A stretch of 64,000 nucleotides of DNA, taken from contig CBDCTZ010000012.1 of NCBI GenBank assembly GCA_965222375.1, positions 448,001 to 512,000 on the forward strand, written 5' to 3'. Shown here piece after piece: positions 28,906 through 38,181 of the stretch (position 1 is its first letter; every line of letters begins with the position of its first letter). The position numbers were made by a program, and so were the translations under genes. Below the pieces are notes generated by a model that saw only the letters and a program-made list of their open reading frames with translations, had not been told where the DNA came from and searched no databases. This DNA is from Polyangiaceae bacterium (GTDB lineage Bacteria > Myxococcota_A > Polyangia > Polyangiales > Polyangiaceae).

Positions 28906-30246
28906 ATGACCAGCGTGAAACCCGACCCATCCCGGAACAAGACCCAGAACGTTGATCTAGCCGTGGCGGTATTCGGTGCCTTGGTCGCCGTGACCTGTGC
29001 GGCCGGACTGCGTCCGGATTCCGAGGCTCCGGCAACTGCCGCCGCGAACGCGCCCCAGCCCAGGGATTCGATGGCGTCGGCGCCGACGACTCCCCAGTCG
29101 ACCGCTGCTCTTCCATCCAGCTCAGCGGCCCCGCCTCCAAAGGGACTCACCCCGCCGCCGAAGCGGTCCCGGGTCGTGCTGAAGACCTTGGGCGAGGCCC
29201 TCCGCGGACTCTCGAAGTTCGATGCGGCCGAGCCTGTGAGGATCTTGTGGATGGGCGACTCCCATACCTACGCGGACTTCTGGCCCCACGCGGTGCGTCG
29301 GCAGTTACAGAGGAAGTATGGCGCCGGCGGGCCGGGCTATCTCTTGCTCGGTGTGAAGCCCTACCGCAACGACCTGGCTCGGATTCGCGTCGAAGGCAAG
29401 TGGAGGCGCGAGCCGCGTTCGCCATCCAAGGGCGCCAAACAGTTGGACGGCGTCTTTGGACTCGCCGGACAGCGAAGTGTGCCAGTTTCTGCCGACGCAA
29501 CCACGAGCGTCGAGTTGTTCAAGAGCAAGCTTCGCGGTCGTGTGGGCTGGACTCTGCACTATCGCCTGCCTGGCAACGCGGCACTCAAAGTCGAACTCAG
29601 CGACGGCAAGAAGCTTCGCCTGACCCGCGGCGCCTCGGTTCCCGGCTCACCGATCTTGCGCCATCGCTTCGAGTCGGATGCGAGCGCCAAGCTGACGGTC
29701 GCTGCGGCGTCGGGGCTGCCCGAAGTATTTGGCGTCGTTGTGGAGAGCTCACAGCCCGGAGTCGTCGTCGACAATCTCGGGATCAACGGTGCGCGTGCCG
29801 GCACACCACTCGTTTGGGATGCAACCAGCCACGTCGCCGAAATCGCCGCCAGAAAACCCAGTCTGGTCATCATGGCCTACGGCACCAACGAAGCGGCGTC
29901 CGCGCTGACTGCCGACCGAGTGGTGGGGCACTTTCGCAAGCTGACTGCACGGGTGAGGCGCGCGGCGCCGGATGCGGATTGCCTGTTGATTGGTCCCACG
30001 GACATGGCGGACGATGCCGGGGGCAGTCGCCCGCGGGTCTTGGAAATCGACGCCGCCGTAGAGCGCGCCGCCACGGAGGTGGGTTGCGGTTACATCAGCG
30101 CGTTTCAGGCGATGGGCGGCGAGGGGAGCTTTGCAGCGTGGATGAAGGAGGAGCCTCCTCTGGGATCACCGGATCGCATCCACTTGACCCCCAAAGGCTA
30201 TGCCAAATTGGGAGACGAGATCTTCCAGCGCTTGGCGCTACCCTGA
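28906..30246 (+). CDS. SGNH/GDSL hydrolase-family periplasmic protein
   Basis: Blocks GDSH, NLGINGAR, AYGTNE, DRIH; N-terminal hydrophobic anchor; alternative GTG start 28894. Confidence 0.85.
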   Translation: MTSVKPDPSRNKTQNVDLAVAVFGALVAVTCAAGLRPDSEAPATAAANAPQPRDSMASAPTTPQSTAALPSSSAAPPPKGLTPPPKRSRVVLKTLGEALRGLSKFDAAEPVRILWMGDSHTYADFWPHAVRRQLQRKYGAGGPGYLLLGVKPYRNDLARIRVEGKWRREPRSPSKGAKQLDGVFGLAGQRSVPVSADATTSVELFKSKLRGRVGWTLHYRLPGNAALKVELSDGKKLRLTRGASVPGSPILRHRFESDASAKLTVAAASGLPEVFGVVVESSQPGVVVDNLGINGARAGTPLVWDATSHVAEIAARKPSLVIMAYGTNEAASALTADRVVGHFRKLTARVRRAAPDADCLLIGPTDMADDAGGSRPRVLEIDAAVERAATEVGCGYISAFQAMGGEGSFAAWMKEEPPLGSPDRIHLTPKGYAKLGDEIFQRLALP

Positions 30247-30248
30247 GC

Positions 30249-31748
30249 TCAGGGCGAAGGCGCGGCTTGGGTCCACTCGGTGTACTTCTGCATCAGCGCA
30301 CGGAAGATCCAGCTGGCCAAAACTTCCGAGCCGCTGCCGGTGGGATGGGTGAGGTCAGCCTGGCCTAGCCCGCGTTGGACCCACGCCGCCATGGAGCCCG
30401 ATCCACCCATGGCCTTGAACGTGTCGAAGAAAGCACAGCCCGTTTCCTCGGCCGCCCGTCGCTGCTCCTTCACGATGGCGATGATGACGGGCATGGTCGA
30501 CATCGTGGTGCCCTTCTTCTCAGCACGGTCCATGGCCCCAATGATCAAGCAGCCCGCTTTGGGAACCGCCTTCTTCCCCTGCAGCAGCACGTCCTTCATC
30601 GTGCGCCGGTAGTCCTCCATGGAATATGCGAAACCGTCCCCGCTCTCGTTGGCCCCAAATTGGTAGATCAGCAGGCTGGGATCTCGCCAAGCGAGCTGTG
30701 CCGCGTAATGGTCGTCGTCCTGTTTGTCCAGGAAACGAATGCGCGCTCCCTGGATCCCGATGGCGTCCAGGACGGCGCCGGGGCCGTCTCGCTCCATCAC
30801 GACGCCGAAGGCCCTGGTGCTGCCCTTGATGGTCACGACCTCGAGCTCGTGCTCGCCGTCAGGAACCTGGATCACCTTTTCTCGGACCCTGACTTCTTTA
30901 CCGGAGGTGTCGAGCTCCTCCAGCTGCTTGCCGTCGAGATTCAGACGCATGGTTCCGCCGCCGGGTTGCTCCAGGTAGGAGACGATGAAGCGCGACACGG
31001 CCTTGCCGTACTTGGTGTTCTTGGACGTGCCAAAACGCGCTCGGGAGCCGGGGGGGGCGCGGAATGTCACCCCGCCGAGCCCATAGAGGCCATCCGGAGT
31101 TAGGGGGCCGACGATTCGGCTAACGGACCAACCTGCTGAGGCGAAGCGAGAAACGTCATTGTGAAAGTAGGCGGGCCAGGCGTTGGCCATCAGCATATAG
31201 CCGTGACCAGCATCCCCCAGCTCTGCTTGCAGTTTGCGTCGTAGGCTGCCGGAAACGTAGTCACTCGTTACAATGGAATCCCCGAAATGGATCACCCGGG
31301 TGATGGCGCCGGGCTTCTTCCGAAGCGTGTTCGACATCGCGCGCAAGAAACCGTCGAGGGCGTGTCCGCTGGCGTCGACGATGGGTACGGGTGGTTTTTC
31401 AATGTCGATTTTCAGCGCCGGCCCGCGTTGGCTCTTCGCGATTGGCCCCCGGGAGCCGCCGGGGATTTGGATGTTTTCGGGTTGCGCCAGTTCGGGGCGT
31501 TCTGTCGTTTCTTGCTTCAGGGTCGCCTCACCGGTTTTCAACACCGGCGGCGCCACGCCCACGGGCGCGCCTTCTTCAGGAGGGAGTGCGGACAGAATGC
31601 GGACCTTCTCCAAACTGGGCACCAACTCCGCGGCGAGGGCGAGCCCTCCAAGCAAGGCGACGGTCCACACGGGTCGTGAACTGAGGGCGACTCGTGGACT
31701 CGTGGTGATGGGGCCACGCACGGCGACGCGCTCGCTTGGCTTCGGCAT
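30249..31748 (-). CDS. SGNH/GDSL hydrolase-family periplasmic protein
   Basis: Blocks FGDSI, GIQGAR, QFGANE, DLTHP; N-terminal TM. Confidence 0.85.
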   Translation of the reverse strand: MPKPSERVAVRGPITTSPRVALSSRPVWTVALLGGLALAAELVPSLEKVRILSALPPEEGAPVGVAPPVLKTGEATLKQETTERPELAQPENIQIPGGSRGPIAKSQRGPALKIDIEKPPVPIVDASGHALDGFLRAMSNTLRKKPGAITRVIHFGDSIVTSDYVSGSLRRKLQAELGDAGHGYMLMANAWPAYFHNDVSRFASAGWSVSRIVGPLTPDGLYGLGGVTFRAPPGSRARFGTSKNTKYGKAVSRFIVSYLEQPGGGTMRLNLDGKQLEELDTSGKEVRVREKVIQVPDGEHELEVVTIKGSTRAFGVVMERDGPGAVLDAIGIQGARIRFLDKQDDDHYAAQLAWRDPSLLIYQFGANESGDGFAYSMEDYRRTMKDVLLQGKKAVPKAGCLIIGAMDRAEKKGTTMSTMPVIIAIVKEQRRAAEETGCAFFDTFKAMGGSGSMAAWVQRGLGQADLTHPTGSGSEVLASWIFRALMQKYTEWTQAAPSP

Positions 31749-31763
31749 GGCCTCGCCGCTGCG

Positions 31764-33272
31764 TTAGTTGACGCAGCTACCGTCGCCCAACTGACGGCAC
31801 AAAGCGCGGAGCATGGCCTTCTCGCGATCCGACGCTTTGCCGGACGCGACCTTGGACTTCAATCCGTCCTTGTGTGCTTTGAGCTTGGCGCGGTCCCCTA
31901 GGTCGTCGGGTGCGCTGCCACCCGTGGGCTTGGGAGCAGGGGCCGGCGTCGGACCGGCTTTGGGATATGACGCGGTGGGTGGCTTGGCGTGCGGCTTGGA
32001 GGTCCCCGCGAAGGGATCCTTGCGGACGATGCCGCCCTTCAAGGGAGGCTTGCCTGGATCAGTCTGGGTCGCGACGGGAGTCGGGGGCAGATCCGATACG
32101 GCCACGCCAGCGAGGTCCAGCTTCTCGATCTGGGTCGCCGCCCGCTTGCGACGGGCGGAGTCAACGCTGGTTGCCTTGGTGATGCGCTCGAGGATCTCCC
32201 GCTTGCGAGCCACGTCGGACTCTTGGTCCGCCGCTTTGAACAGCGAGTCTGCCCAGCGGGCCTCAAGGTCCCGGAAGGTCTGGGACTGGCGGACGTTGCT
32301 GTCCACTGGAATACCTTGGGTGAGCTTCGTGTGCGCAGCTTCCAGGTTGCCGCTATCAGCCAGCGCCTTGGCCTCCTTGAGAACCGCAGCAGCGCCGTCC
32401 GAGGGGACCGCCGCAACCGGGTCCGTGGGTGGCGGGGGGGCCCGGCGCAAGGTCAGCATTCCCAACACAACCAACATGCCGAGGCCGAAGACCGCCGCGA
32501 TCGCCTTGACGCTCGCGGGCATGCCGCTGCTGCTCGCGGGCGGGGGAGTTAGGCGCTCCGGCGCCCCCACGCTGACTGTGGTCAGCTGCTGGCTCTCGTC
32601 GGCGCCAGGGCGGAAGATCACTCCCGCGGGGATGAACTTGAAAACGACGTCCCCGAGCTCGATGCTGTCCCGGGCGTCAATCAAGCCCCGTTTGAGATCT
32701 ACGCCGTTGAGGCGGATCCCGTTTGCGCTCTCACGGTCCACGAGTTCGTATCGTCCATCACCTAGGGAATGGACTTCGGCGTGAACCCGGCTGACGGAGC
32801 TGTGGTTGATTGCGATGTCGCACTCTTCTCCCCGGCCGATGACCACGCGATCTCCTGCCAGGGCAAACTCTGCCCCAGGGGTTGGACCCACGAGCATGAC
32901 GAGGCGATCAGGTTGCCCCAAGAGCATTTGGCTCTTGGGCACGGCCGGAACTGTGGCAGCGCGCGAGCCGACGGCAGCCACCGAGTCGTCGGTGATCTCG
33001 AGGCGGTAGTCCCCCACCTGAACCAAGTCGCCATGTTCCAGGCGCTGAGGGTCCGCTACGCGAACGCCATTGACATAGCATCCGTTGTAACTCTGGTTGT
33101 CACCGAGCAGCCATCCGGAGCCGTTGCGGTTGAGTGTAGCGTGGTGCCGCGAGATGTTTCGCTCCGTTAGACGAACCGTGTTTTCCTCGGATCGCCCTAG
33201 GGAGTACTCGTCGCGAACGAGATTGACGACCGTCTTGTTGCCCTGGTCGTCCTCGATGGAGAGCTTCCACAT
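31764..33272 (-). CDS. Double-FHA-domain membrane protein
   Basis: FHA1 LGRSEEN..NISRHHA..SYNGCYVNG; FHA2 IGRGEEC..SVSRVHA..SANGIRLNG; TM; helical and Pro/Lys-rich C-terminus. Confidence 0.9.
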   Translation of the reverse strand: MWKLSIEDDQGNKTVVNLVRDEYSLGRSEENTVRLTERNISRHHATLNRNGSGWLLGDNQSYNGCYVNGVRVADPQRLEHGDLVQVGDYRLEITDDSVAAVGSRAATVPAVPKSQMLLGQPDRLVMLVGPTPGAEFALAGDRVVIGRGEECDIAINHSSVSRVHAEVHSLGDGRYELVDRESANGIRLNGVDLKRGLIDARDSIELGDVVFKFIPAGVIFRPGADESQQLTTVSVGAPERLTPPPASSSGMPASVKAIAAVFGLGMLVVLGMLTLRRAPPPPTDPVAAVPSDGAAAVLKEAKALADSGNLEAAHTKLTQGIPVDSNVRQSQTFRDLEARWADSLFKAADQESDVARKREILERITKATSVDSARRKRAATQIEKLDLAGVAVSDLPPTPVATQTDPGKPPLKGGIVRKDPFAGTSKPHAKPPTASYPKAGPTPAPAPKPTGGSAPDDLGDRAKLKAHKDGLKSKVASGKASDREKAMLRALCRQLGDGSCVN

Positions 33273-33411
33273 CGCTGCTTGGTCCAAAAACTGCCCGGTT
33301 TCTCAGCGCCGGACAAGGTTGACCGGGCTGGGTAGTGGAAATTTTGCACGTCTGGTCAAAAGCATCCAGACCCAATGCGCTTCAGGTTGCTGTTTTTTTT
33401 GTCAATTCTTT

Positions 33412-34569
33412 TCACGGTTTAGCATTCCAGGGGGGGCGTCCCTCGCCGACCCGCTCGCTCAGCCGCCACAGCTGGTCGTGCAGCTTGGGGCGGGCCCGCC
33501 GAATCGCGATGTGATCGCGCGAGGGGTGGACTCGGTTCGTCAGTACGGCTGTGACCACGTTTCGGTCTGGATCGCACCATAGGCTCGTGCCCGTGAATCC
33601 AAGGTGGCCGAAAGATTCGCGGCTAGCCATACGCCCCGCACTGGAGCCCGATTCACTGATTCCGTCGAACCCCGCACGCAGACTGCCGCCGGGTCTCGGC
33701 TGGACCAGAACCCGGGCCAGAGCCGGAGCTAGGTAGTCCGTTCGGCGGCCTGCGAGGCAGTCCAGAACCAACGCGCCGAAGCGCAGCACGCTGACCACGG
33801 TTCCGAACAGTCCTGCGTGCCCCGACACGCCGTGCCCTGACAGCGCCCAAGCGTTCTCGTCGTGAACGATCCCGCGCACCGTCCCGCCTCGGAACGGCAC
33901 TATCTCCGTGGGCGCAACGATTGCGTGGAACTCCCCCGACCGCTTGTGCCACTGGGCAGCGCTGGCAAGATCCAACTCGAGCGGGCCGGTGACGTATTCG
34001 TGGATGACCTGGTCGAGCTCTGCTCCGCACGCTTGTTCCAGGCAGGCCCCCACGAGTAGATACCCCATGTCACTGTAGATGGGAGGAAACCCGCCGCGGG
34101 GGATTCGGCTCGTGCACTCCGGGCGTCGAGCGGTCGCGGCAGCCACCAGTGCTGCCAGCCGCGACACAGCGCGTCGCTCCCGCATGGGCGCGAACAGCTC
34201 GATATGGGCCTGCAGACCTGCTCGGTGGGCCAGCAACAACTCGACGCAGGCTTCGGCGCTCGGGGTCTCATCGGCTTCCGGTAGCAGCTCACCCAGGGGC
34301 TGCCTCAGGTCGAGCTTGCCGAGCTGGGCCAAGCGCACGGCGCATAGGGCGACGACCGGCTTGGTTGCACTCGCCAGGTCGAAGGGGGTGAGACAGGACG
34401 CGGGGCGGCTGCCGCCAACCTGCCCAGCCGCGCTGCAGACTTTGGCCCACTCCCTGCCAGACTGGTACGCGAAACCCGCCGCCACCGCGGGTGCCACCGC
34501 TGGCGCAACCACCTCGCGAGCCAGGAAGGCTTCCAAGTCAGCGCAAATCTCAGGGGATGGGGGAGGCAT
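33412..34569 (-). CDS. Serine hydrolase, beta-lactamase/class C-like family
   Basis: FDLASATK (SxxK), YSDMGY, VHDENA, GHAGLF, FGHLGFTGTSLW, LTNRVHP. Confidence 0.9.
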   Translation of the reverse strand: MPPPSPEICADLEAFLAREVVAPAVAPAVAAGFAYQSGREWAKVCSAAGQVGGSRPASCLTPFDLASATKPVVALCAVRLAQLGKLDLRQPLGELLPEADETPSAEACVELLLAHRAGLQAHIELFAPMRERRAVSRLAALVAAATARRPECTSRIPRGGFPPIYSDMGYLLVGACLEQACGAELDQVIHEYVTGPLELDLASAAQWHKRSGEFHAIVAPTEIVPFRGGTVRGIVHDENAWALSGHGVSGHAGLFGTVVSVLRFGALVLDCLAGRRTDYLAPALARVLVQPRPGGSLRAGFDGISESGSSAGRMASRESFGHLGFTGTSLWCDPDRNVVTAVLTNRVHPSRDHIAIRRARPKLHDQLWRLSERVGEGRPPWNAKP

Positions 34570-34616
34570 GTCTGTGGTTTTTTTGCGCCGATCTCGAGCT
34601 TTACGGCGTTGGGTTT

Positions 34617-34646
34617 TTGACCGGGCAGCTTCCGGACCGGTATGCT
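34617..34646 (+). promoter_or_regulatory. Putative sigma70 promoter of pilC-pilS
   Basis: TTGACC-N18-TATGCT, 37 nt before the pilC ATG. Confidence 0.45.
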
Positions 34647-34683
34647 TTCGGACTGCGGCATCTTATCCTGCCGCGCCCGCTCT

Positions 34684-35898
34684 ATGTCCTCGTTTGCATG
34701 GCAAGCCCGCTCCCGGACTGGGGAGCTCCGCAAGGGCACGATGGAGGCCGACGATGAGGCCGCCGTCAACGCGAAGTTGCGCCAGCAGCAGTTGTCGCCC
34801 GTCAAGGTCAAGAAGAAACGCGAGTTTGGCAGTATCCAGTTCGGCAGTGGGGTCACCACCAAGGACTTGGTGACGTTCACCCGTCTGTTCGCGACTATGA
34901 TTGATGCGGGTCTACCCCTGGTCCAGTGTTTGGAAATCCTGGGTGGGCAGCAGCAGAACAAGATCTTCGCCGGAGTGTTGAGGGACGTGAAGTCCTCGGT
35001 GGAGCAGGGCGCTTCCTTCAGTGAGGCCCTCAAACGCCACCCCAAGGTCTTCGACGAGTTGTTCGTGAACCTGGTCCATGCCGGCGAGGTAGGCGGCATC
35101 TTGGACACGATCATGGCGCGGTTGTCCGTGTACCTCGAGAAGCGCCAGAAGCTGGTGCGCCAAGTGCGTGGCGCCATGGTCTATCCGGCCATCGTCATCG
35201 TGGTGGCTTTCGGCGTGATGGCAGTGTTGCTCACCTTCGTCATCCCGGCCTTCGAGCGAATGTTCCAGGATTTCGGGGGTGGCAAAGAGGCCCTACCCAA
35301 GCTGACCCAGGTCATCGTGGCGATGTCCCACGCCTTCGTCAGCTACCTGCCCTTCTTGATCGTCGCGATGGTGATCGGGACGATTGCGTTCGTCTATTCC
35401 TATCGTACGCCAGGGGGTAAGCGTTTCTACCACCTGGCATTGCTGAAGGCGCCTCTGGTGGGTCCGGTGCTGCGCAAGATTGCCGTCGCACGCTTTACTC
35501 GCACCCTGGGCACGTTGCTGCAGTCTGGTGTCCCCATCCTTGATGCCTTGGATATCTGTGCTCGCACCAGCGGAAACGTGATCATAGAAACGGGCATTCA
35601 GCACGTCCGGCAGAAGATCAGTGAAGGCAAGAACATGGCCGAGCCTCTGGCGGAGGCAAAGGTGTTCCCGGACATGGTCGTGCAGATGATCGCCGTTGGC
35701 GAGCAGACAGGCGCCCTGGACCAGATGCTCAACAAGATCGCGGATTTTTACGAGGAAGAGACGGACATCGCAGTTGCGGCCATGACCAGCGCTATCGAAC
35801 CCATCTTGATGGTGGGCGTCGGGGGCATGGTGGGTGTGGTGTTGATTGCCATGTATCTCCCGATCTTCTCGCTGGCGGGCAACATCAAGGCCGATTGA
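34684..35898 (+). CDS. pilC: Type IV pilus platform protein PilC (T2SS F family)
   Basis: FTRLFATMIDAGLPLVQCL, AGEVGGILD, RGAMVYP, ARFTRTLGTLLQSGVP, GEQTGALDQML, AMYLPIF. Confidence 0.93.
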   Translation: MSSFAWQARSRTGELRKGTMEADDEAAVNAKLRQQQLSPVKVKKKREFGSIQFGSGVTTKDLVTFTRLFATMIDAGLPLVQCLEILGGQQQNKIFAGVLRDVKSSVEQGASFSEALKRHPKVFDELFVNLVHAGEVGGILDTIMARLSVYLEKRQKLVRQVRGAMVYPAIVIVVAFGVMAVLLTFVIPAFERMFQDFGGGKEALPKLTQVIVAMSHAFVSYLPFLIVAMVIGTIAFVYSYRTPGGKRFYHLALLKAPLVGPVLRKIAVARFTRTLGTLLQSGVPILDALDICARTSGNVIIETGIQHVRQKISEGKNMAEPLAEAKVFPDMVVQMIAVGEQTGALDQMLNKIADFYEEETDIAVAAMTSAIEPILMVGVGGMVGVVLIAMYLPIFSLAGNIKAD

Positions 35899-35926
35899 GC
35901 GCAGCGCTCTTTCCGGGCCGACGAGG

Positions 35927-37255
35927 GTGAAGTTGGCGGTTCGACTTGGAATCCCGGAAGCGCTCGCAGACGCACCGCTTCCCCGCCGGCTAGCGTGGAT
36001 CACGCTGGCGAGGTTGGTGCTGCTTGTCGCTGCGCTGTCCCTGTTGGGTATCTTCTACCTGCGGGGTGGGTTTCGAATTGAAACCTACTCTGTACAGGTA
36101 GCGCTGATCATCCTGACCCTCTCCTTCGCCCTCGCGGGCGTCTACGCCGCGGTCTTGCGGAGCGGCAAGCGCCTCGAGCTCCTGGCGGACGCCCAACTGG
36201 TATTCGATCAGCTCACCTGGACAGTTCTCGTGTACCTCACCGGCGGCGCTTCGAGCGGCGCCACGAGCTTCTTCGGGCTCAGCTGCCTGATGGGCGCCAT
36301 CTTGCGGGGGCTGCCTGGGGCCACCCTCGCTGCCGGAAGCGCCGCAGTTTTTTACGCCGGTCTTGTGGCGCTGCTTCGCTTCGACATCATCGCTGCGCCG
36401 CCTGACCAGCCCCAATCCCTGTACCGCATCAGCGGTGACGAGCTGGCCTACTACGGGCTGGTCAACCTGCTGATGCTCGTCGTCGTGACCCTTCTCGCGG
36501 GATACCTGGCGGAGCGTTTGCGCGTGACGGGTGGTCAGCTCCAAAAGGCCGAGCAGCGGGCTGAACAGGCCGAGCGACTCGCCGCCTTGGGTCGACTGGC
36601 CGCCGGATTGGCCCACGAGATCCGCAACCCACTGGGGTCCATCGCGGGATCCATCGAACTGCTACAGTCGAGCAGCGCCCTCAGCGAAGAGGACCGGGAA
36701 CTGTGCACCATTGTGAAACAAGAGGCCGCTCGGCTCAACGATCTGGTGACCGACATGATGGACCTCACGCGACCCCGCGCGCCGCAGCTCGAGAACGTGG
36801 ATGTGGCGAGAATTGCGCGTGAAGTCGTGGAGCTCGCGGGCCATTCCGGCCGGAGCTTCGCCGACGTCCAGGTCGAATACTCTGGCGCAGAGAGTGCGCC
36901 GCTCGATGCCGACGCTGCCCAGTTGCGGCAGTTGGTGTGGAACCTGGTGCGCAATGCCGTCCAGGCCAGCAGTGCCGGCGACACGGTGCATGTGTCCGTC
37001 GATCGGTTTGAAGATGGCTCTTTCCTACTGAGCGTGGAGGACAATGGGGTCGGTATCGAGGGAGATGCACGCGAGCGCATTTTTGACGCGTTCTTCACGA
37101 CCCGCTCTCAAGGCACCGGGGTTGGACTCGCGGTTGTGAAACGGATCGTGGACGACCACGGATTCGACATCGACGTAAGCAGCGAGCACGGCCGCGGCGC
37201 GCGCTTCGAGGTGCGGCTTCCCGCTGCACAAAAGGGCGTGAACCAGACGGCGTGA
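35927..37255 (+). CDS. pilS: PilS-like membrane sensor histidine kinase
   Basis: Multi-TM N-terminus with YLTGG..S; H-box LAHEIRNPL, N-box NLVRNA, DNGVG, FFTT, GTGVGL; directly follows pilC. Confidence 0.75.
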   Translation: MKLAVRLGIPEALADAPLPRRLAWITLARLVLLVAALSLLGIFYLRGGFRIETYSVQVALIILTLSFALAGVYAAVLRSGKRLELLADAQLVFDQLTWTVLVYLTGGASSGATSFFGLSCLMGAILRGLPGATLAAGSAAVFYAGLVALLRFDIIAAPPDQPQSLYRISGDELAYYGLVNLLMLVVVTLLAGYLAERLRVTGGQLQKAEQRAEQAERLAALGRLAAGLAHEIRNPLGSIAGSIELLQSSSALSEEDRELCTIVKQEAARLNDLVTDMMDLTRPRAPQLENVDVARIAREVVELAGHSGRSFADVQVEYSGAESAPLDADAAQLRQLVWNLVRNAVQASSAGDTVHVSVDRFEDGSFLLSVEDNGVGIEGDARERIFDAFFTTRSQGTGVGLAVVKRIVDDHGFDIDVSSEHGRGARFEVRLPAAQKGVNQTA

Positions 37256-37341
37256 CCACTACGCCACAGTTGTCGTAGTTCATCGGCCAAGGCAGGGTTT
37301 CGGCCGCCGGGTCGGATCGTGAAACCTCCCAATGTTGCCTC

Positions 37342-37367
37342 GATTTCCCCAAGTTTTTGGGAAAATC
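37342..37367. promoter_or_regulatory. Imperfect palindrome upstream of the sigma54 promoter; candidate regulator site
   Basis: GATTTCCCCAA-GTTT-TTGGGAAAATC, 11-bp arms with one mismatch. Confidence 0.4.
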
Positions 37368-37384
37368 TTGGAAAGGGTGAAGTT

Positions 37385-37401
37385 TTGGCACCCCCCTTGC
37401 G
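37385..37401 (+). promoter_or_regulatory. sigma54 (-24/-12) promoter
   Basis: TTGGCACCCCCCTTGCG matches TGGCAC-N4-(N)TTGC consensus with exact GG-N10-GC spacing; 40 nt before the mlaC-like ATG. Confidence 0.75.
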
Positions 37402-37441
37402 TACAACAATGCAGGACGCACGTTAAGAAGAAGGACGAAAG

Positions 37442-38032
37442 ATGAAACGCCGCGCATTGCTCACCTTGGTCGCTGCACTTGGACTGTTCCTGGTTGCCCC
37501 CGTTGCTTCGGCGGGTCAGTCCCCGGAAGGGTTCATCAAAGAACGACAGGCGAAGCTGGCCGCGTTGCTCAAGGCAAAGGGCAGCGACGCAAAGGTCGAA
37601 GCCATCTTCGACGGAATGCTCGACTACGAAACCTTGGGCAAGAAGTCCTTGGGCAAGCATTGGGCGGAGCGCAGCAAAGCGGAGCGCGAGGAGTTCCAAA
37701 CGGTACTGAAGCGCCTCGTACGCAACGCCTATCGCAAGAACTTGAGAAAGACCCTCGACTACAAGGTCACCTACAAAGGTCAAGCCAAGGCGAAATCCGG
37801 TGTGTTGGTTCGAACCGTTGCTCGCAGTAAAGCCAACAAGCGCGAGGAACCCGTCGCCATCGACTACCTGGTTCACAAGGTCAACGGGAAGTGGCGAGTC
37901 TACGACATCACCACGGAAGGTTCGAGCTTGACCCGGAACTACCGGAGCCAGTTCAACCGGGTGATCAAGAAGAAGGGCTTCACAGAGCTGATGCGCCGAA
38001 TGAAGCGGAAGCTCGACAAAGACAAAGCATGA
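37442..38032 (+). CDS. MlaC/Ttg2D-family periplasmic lipid-binding protein
   Basis: Signal peptide; LDYETLGKKSLGKHW, IDYLVHK..GKWRVYDITTEGSSLTRNYRSQF. Confidence 0.88.
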   Translation: MKRRALLTLVAALGLFLVAPVASAGQSPEGFIKERQAKLAALLKAKGSDAKVEAIFDGMLDYETLGKKSLGKHWAERSKAEREEFQTVLKRLVRNAYRKNLRKTLDYKVTYKGQAKAKSGVLVRTVARSKANKREEPVAIDYLVHKVNGKWRVYDITTEGSSLTRNYRSQFNRVIKKKGFTELMRRMKRKLDKDKA

Positions 38033-38064
38033 AGTAGTTGCATAAGTACTTCTTCGTGACGGCG

Positions 38065-38101
38065 AGAGGGGCTGCGGCAAAGCCGCGGCCCGTCTGCTTT
38101 T
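38065..38101 (+). terminator. Putative intrinsic terminator after mlaC-like gene
   Basis: GGGCTGCGGC-AAA-GCCGCGGCCC stem followed by GTCTGCTTTT. Confidence 0.5.
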
Positions 38102-38181
38102 GTGACGCCCCGAAACGCCCTGAACCCCACAAATCGGCCAGGTATTTCCCTTGCTAAAACCTCGCTGATACGATCAGTACG

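Noticed and set aside
33370..33410. Minus-strand TTGACA next to a T-tract as a promoter or terminator
   Set aside because: No acceptable -10 at 16-18 nt and no stem before the T-tract
33412..34569. Antibiotic-resistance beta-lactamase
   Set aside because: No signal peptide; motifs fit the broad esterase/amidase branch of the family
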